From NCBI RefSeq assembly GCF_963921235.1, contig NC_086097.1:59956001-60020000 (forward strand): a DNA stretch of 64,000 nucleotides, in the 5' to 3' direction. Source of the stretch: Mobula hypostoma. Its lineage: Eukaryota. Of the stretch, positions 60,440 through 64,000 are shown in pieces. Both the position numbers and the translations under genes were made by a program. Position 1 is the first letter of the stretch; every line of letters begins with the position of its first letter. The notes beneath the pieces are model-generated. The model ran no database searches and had not been told where the DNA came from. It saw only the letters and a list, made by a program, of their open reading frames with translations.

Positions 60440-62610
60440 GAATGTACAGCCACAGAGTTTCTGCTCAACTGCGAGAGCAGGACTGTGAAAAGGGGACTTA
60501 ATTCCATAGGGATGGGCTTCACCTGAATCAAGTTGAAAGCACTGCTTTAGAAAATTGAATCATAATGGCTTTTAGTGAGGCCTTAAATCAGGCATTTCCA
60601 ATCTGGGGAGCAGGGACCCCTTGCTTAAAAAACCCTGCCCGAACTGAAATAGATGGAAAGGAGGTTCAGGTGAAGGAAAATTAAGGAAGCTGAGTAGAAA
60701 AAAAAACCTTGTGATAGTATTTACAGCCACTAGTTGCCAGATCGTTGGTTTTGCCTGTGTGCTAATTAATGTTTCCCAGCCGCTTAGGACTGTGTGCTCT
60801 AAGTTTTGCTCCAGTACTGAGAATCACCTGTGAAACTCAGTCTCTTCATGTCAAGATCAGTTTTCTAAGTTCTACTCCAGTTCCGAGGTTTACCTGTGAA
60901 ACCCAGCCTCTCCGCGTCAAGATAAGTCTTCTAAAGTTTTACTTCAGTACCGAGGTTTGCCTGTGTAACTCCGTCTCTCTGTGCTAAGAAGAGTTTTGTC
61001 TGCCCTTTCCCTTTCTACGCTCCGTGTCAAGATAATTCTGCCTGTCTCCTGCCTTCCTGCTCTCCATCCTGTTGGCCGTTCACATCTGCATCCTAACTAA
61101 ATCTCCATGCCTGTGTCCTGCACTTGGGTCCGCCTCATTTGTTGCAACAGAGTAGTCCATTGTAGAATGGGCCTGGTCTGCTCGAAGCTTGTAGCAGCTT
61201 AATGGGCTGAATAGTCTGCTTCCATGCTGTACTCAGTAAGAACGGAGCGAATGAGGACCTGAGGAAACTAGCACCAGTAAAATATGAGCGTTGATGAAAT
61301 TCAGGAAAACTAATAAATCGCAGGACTTGATGACTTGCATGCTAACACTTTGATTAAGGTCACTTTGGAGATAATGGTTATTGTCTTCAAAACTTCAATT
61401 GATTCTAAAATCGTGCCCAGAATCTGGAAAGTACAACATGTACTCCTTTGATTGAAGAAAATAAAAGGCTGCATCTGTAGTAAGAGGAAGTGTTGATGTT
61501 TCTAGACAAAGATCCTGGCCTGGACCTGAGTTTATATGATGGGATATTCCACCTGAAACATGAACTCTGGCCATTACTCATGAAATGAGGAAGGAGGAAA
61601 TGGGGGTTATAGGCCAATCGACTTGAGCAAAGTTGGGAAAATATTAGAATCTCTTATGAAGAAGAAATGACAGACCACTTGGAAAATATTAACAGGATTG
61701 CATGGATTTATGAAAGGAAAATTATGTCTGACCGATCATTTCAGTTTTGAAATTGGAACTTGCTAAATAGATATAGGCAAAACAGTTGGTACGGTATACT
61801 TGGACCTCCGATGGTCTTTGAGTAGGTGCCTCAAAAGAAGTCATTAAACAAAGTTTAAGATTAGGATGTTGGGGGCAATTTATTGATGTTAATTGCGGAT
61901 TGGTTAACTGATAGAACGCACAAATAGGAACAAGCAAACAAGTCATGTTTAGTTTGAAAAACAGGTTGCTGAAGAGATTGGAGCAGGGCTTCAGCTGTTC
62001 ACAATCTTTATCAATGATATGAATGAGGGCATCGAGTGTAATATGTTTAGGTTTTCTAATGATACAAAAATCTGTGCTAGTGAGAGCTATGAGGAGAATG
62101 TTGAAGGGCGTCAAGGGATCTAGGCAGTTTGACTAGATGGGTAAGTGCATGGGAAAAGTGAATCAATGTGGTAATGTGACACTGTGCACTATCATTATAA
62201 ATTGGAAGGTAAAGCATTTCTAAATGATTAGCAGATCAGAAGCTGATGGATGCTTTTGTATATTAACCACTAAGGGTTTGCATACAGCAGGAAAGATTAA
62301 TATTATGTTGCATTTTATCATAAGAGGATTTGAATACAAGAATAAAGATGCCATACTGCAATCACATGGTTTGCTGGTGAGCCCACACCTGGAATATTAT
62401 TCACAGGTCTGATCTCCTACCTCGGACGTAGAGATATAGAGGAATGTAAGGAAAGTTTACCATGATAATATTTGGGGTTGGAGTGTGGACTTGTCCTTTG
62501 AGGAATGATTTTGAGCCAATAATTACTAGAAATTATAAGAATGAGATTTGTACTCATAGAAAATATAAGTTTCTTACCTTTTTGACGGTGTAGAGGCAGG
62601 GAAGGCTTCT
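60440..62610 (+). mobile_element. Very old CR1 (ORF1 DGLHLN remnant, RT remnants) with insertions
   Basis: gatgggcttcacctgaat (DGLHLN) at ~60511; IRGFEYKNKDAILQ...LVSPHLEY at 62224-62412. Confidence 0.65.
60710..61149 (+). mobile_element. Degenerate LTR-like element with 3 x 66-bp tandem repeat
   Basis: Units start at 60799, 60865 and 60931; 3' ctgtgtcctgcacttgggtcc...aca shares the terminal motif of the solo LTR at 18782-18826; 5' boundary uncertain. Confidence 0.55.
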
Positions 62611-62614
62611 AGCT

Positions 62615-64000
62615 GAGAAGTCAGAAGTTGGGTTTATTGTCATATCCTCAAGGACATGTATGCACAGATAAGCACATCATGTATGCTACCTGCAGCATCA
62701 CACACACATAACATCAGATACACAATGTTGACGAATAAAGCATAAATTATACATATTTTTTAAGAAAGAATACAATTGAAAGCAGAAACAGTCAGTTGCA
62801 CTGCAAAGCAGTCAGTCCTTGCTATACCAAGACAGTGATTAGTGTTGAGTCAATAACCAGATGATTGAAGGGAAGTAACTGCTCTTGAACCTGATAGTGT
62901 GGGACTTCAGGCTTCTGTATCTCCTGCCCAGAGGCTGCAAAAGATAGCATGACCCAAATGGTGAGGACCTTTGATGATGGATGTTGCCTTCTTCAGGAGC
63001 TTTATGTAGTTGCTACTGGTGATGGGAAAGAAGTGGCTATGATGAATGAGGCTGAATCCACTACTGTCTGCAGTTTCTTGTGTGTACCTGTGTTTAAATT
63101 GCTGTATGAGACCATGAAGCAGTCAGTCACGACACTGGCTTAGGTATCCAGATGAGGTGAGACAAAATTTCTTAACCCATCAGGTGCTGAGTCTTTGGAA
63201 TTCATTGTGTAAGAGGGCTGTGGAGATTTATTTTCTTGCAGGCATTTACAGGAAAATAAAGAAATGCAATTAAATTTATGAAAAGCTAAAGGCTGATGAA
63301 CAACCAATGTGAAAAAGAAGACAAACTGTGCACATTTAAAAAAATAATATTACCGAGAACATGAGTTATAGAACCCATGAAGGTGAGTCAGTAGGTTATG
63401 GAATAAGGTTATACTTTATACTTTATTGTTGCCAAACAATTGATACTAGAACGTACAATGATCACAGTGATATTTGATTCTGCGCTTCCCGCTCCCTGGA
63501 GTATAGTTTAGAAAGTAGAGATGAGTGAAGTTATTGCTGCTAGTCCAAGAACCTGATGGTTGTAGGGTAATAATTGCTCCTCAGCTGAGAGACATGGGAC
63601 CTAAGGTTCCAATACCCCTTGTCTGATGGTAGTAGTGAAAAGAGTGGGGGTCCTTGATGATGGATATGGTTTCATGTGGCAATGCTCTTTTGTAAGTGTG
63701 CTCACTAGTGAGGAGGGTTTTGCCTGTGATGGACTGGGCTGTATCCATCACTTTCTGTAGACTTTTCCAGTCCTGGGCATTGGTATTTCCATATCAGGTC
63801 ATGATGTCGCCAGTTAGGATACTCTCAAATCTGCACCTATAGAAGAGGAGTTTTCAAAGTTTTAGATGCTGAATCTACACAAACTTCTAAGAAAGTAGAG
63901 GTGCTGTCATGCCTTCTTTATGATGACGCTTACATTCTGGTCCTCGAACAGATCCCCTTATATGATAATGCAAAGGGACTTAATGTTACTGATCCTCTCC
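62615..64000 (-). mobile_element. Decayed Rex1/Babar-related elements, with a short younger LINE 3' end at ~63410-63502
   Basis: Similar to 38040-39200 and 40440-41000 (gatggttgtagggtaataattgctcc, aaacttctaagaaagtagaggtgctg). Confidence 0.6.

Noticed and set aside
60575..60640. Fourth copy of the slippery junction (gccttaaat followed by a small MITE-like insert)
   Set aside because: Too degenerate and interrupted to count as evidence

Overview
Repeat-saturated vertebrate genomic DNA with no recognisable host protein-coding exon, so probably intergenic or deep-intronic. The repeat complement points to a cartilaginous fish, most likely a ray (inference). Much of the window is retroelement: many CR1-clade LINEs of several lineages, Rex1/Babar LINE fragments, an RTE LINE, an L1 3' fragment, V-SINE/HE1-like and other tRNA-derived SINEs, Penelope-derived fold-back remnants with minimal hammerhead motifs, a Gypsy-type solo LTR and a mariner-derived fold-back MITE. 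One CR1 (50310-53933) has an uninterrupted ~1010-codon APE+RT ORF2 and the SGNH-esterase half of ORF1. The most notable observation is that three distinct CR1 copies all end ORF1 with U_UUA_AAC_stop, a canonical -1 slippery heptamer in the correct phase. In the two better-preserved copies the -1 frame runs openly into ORF2 with no AUG before the endonuclease, and all three encode FKLxWxxxGNQ in that frame. This suggests ORF2 is made as an ORF1-ORF2 fusion by programmed -1 ribosomal frameshifting. Two multi-layer nested insertions can be reconstructed base by base, and there is an unexplained 36-bp-stem hairpin at 29817-29922. Family names come from motif recognition, not database searches, and boundaries of old elements are approximate.
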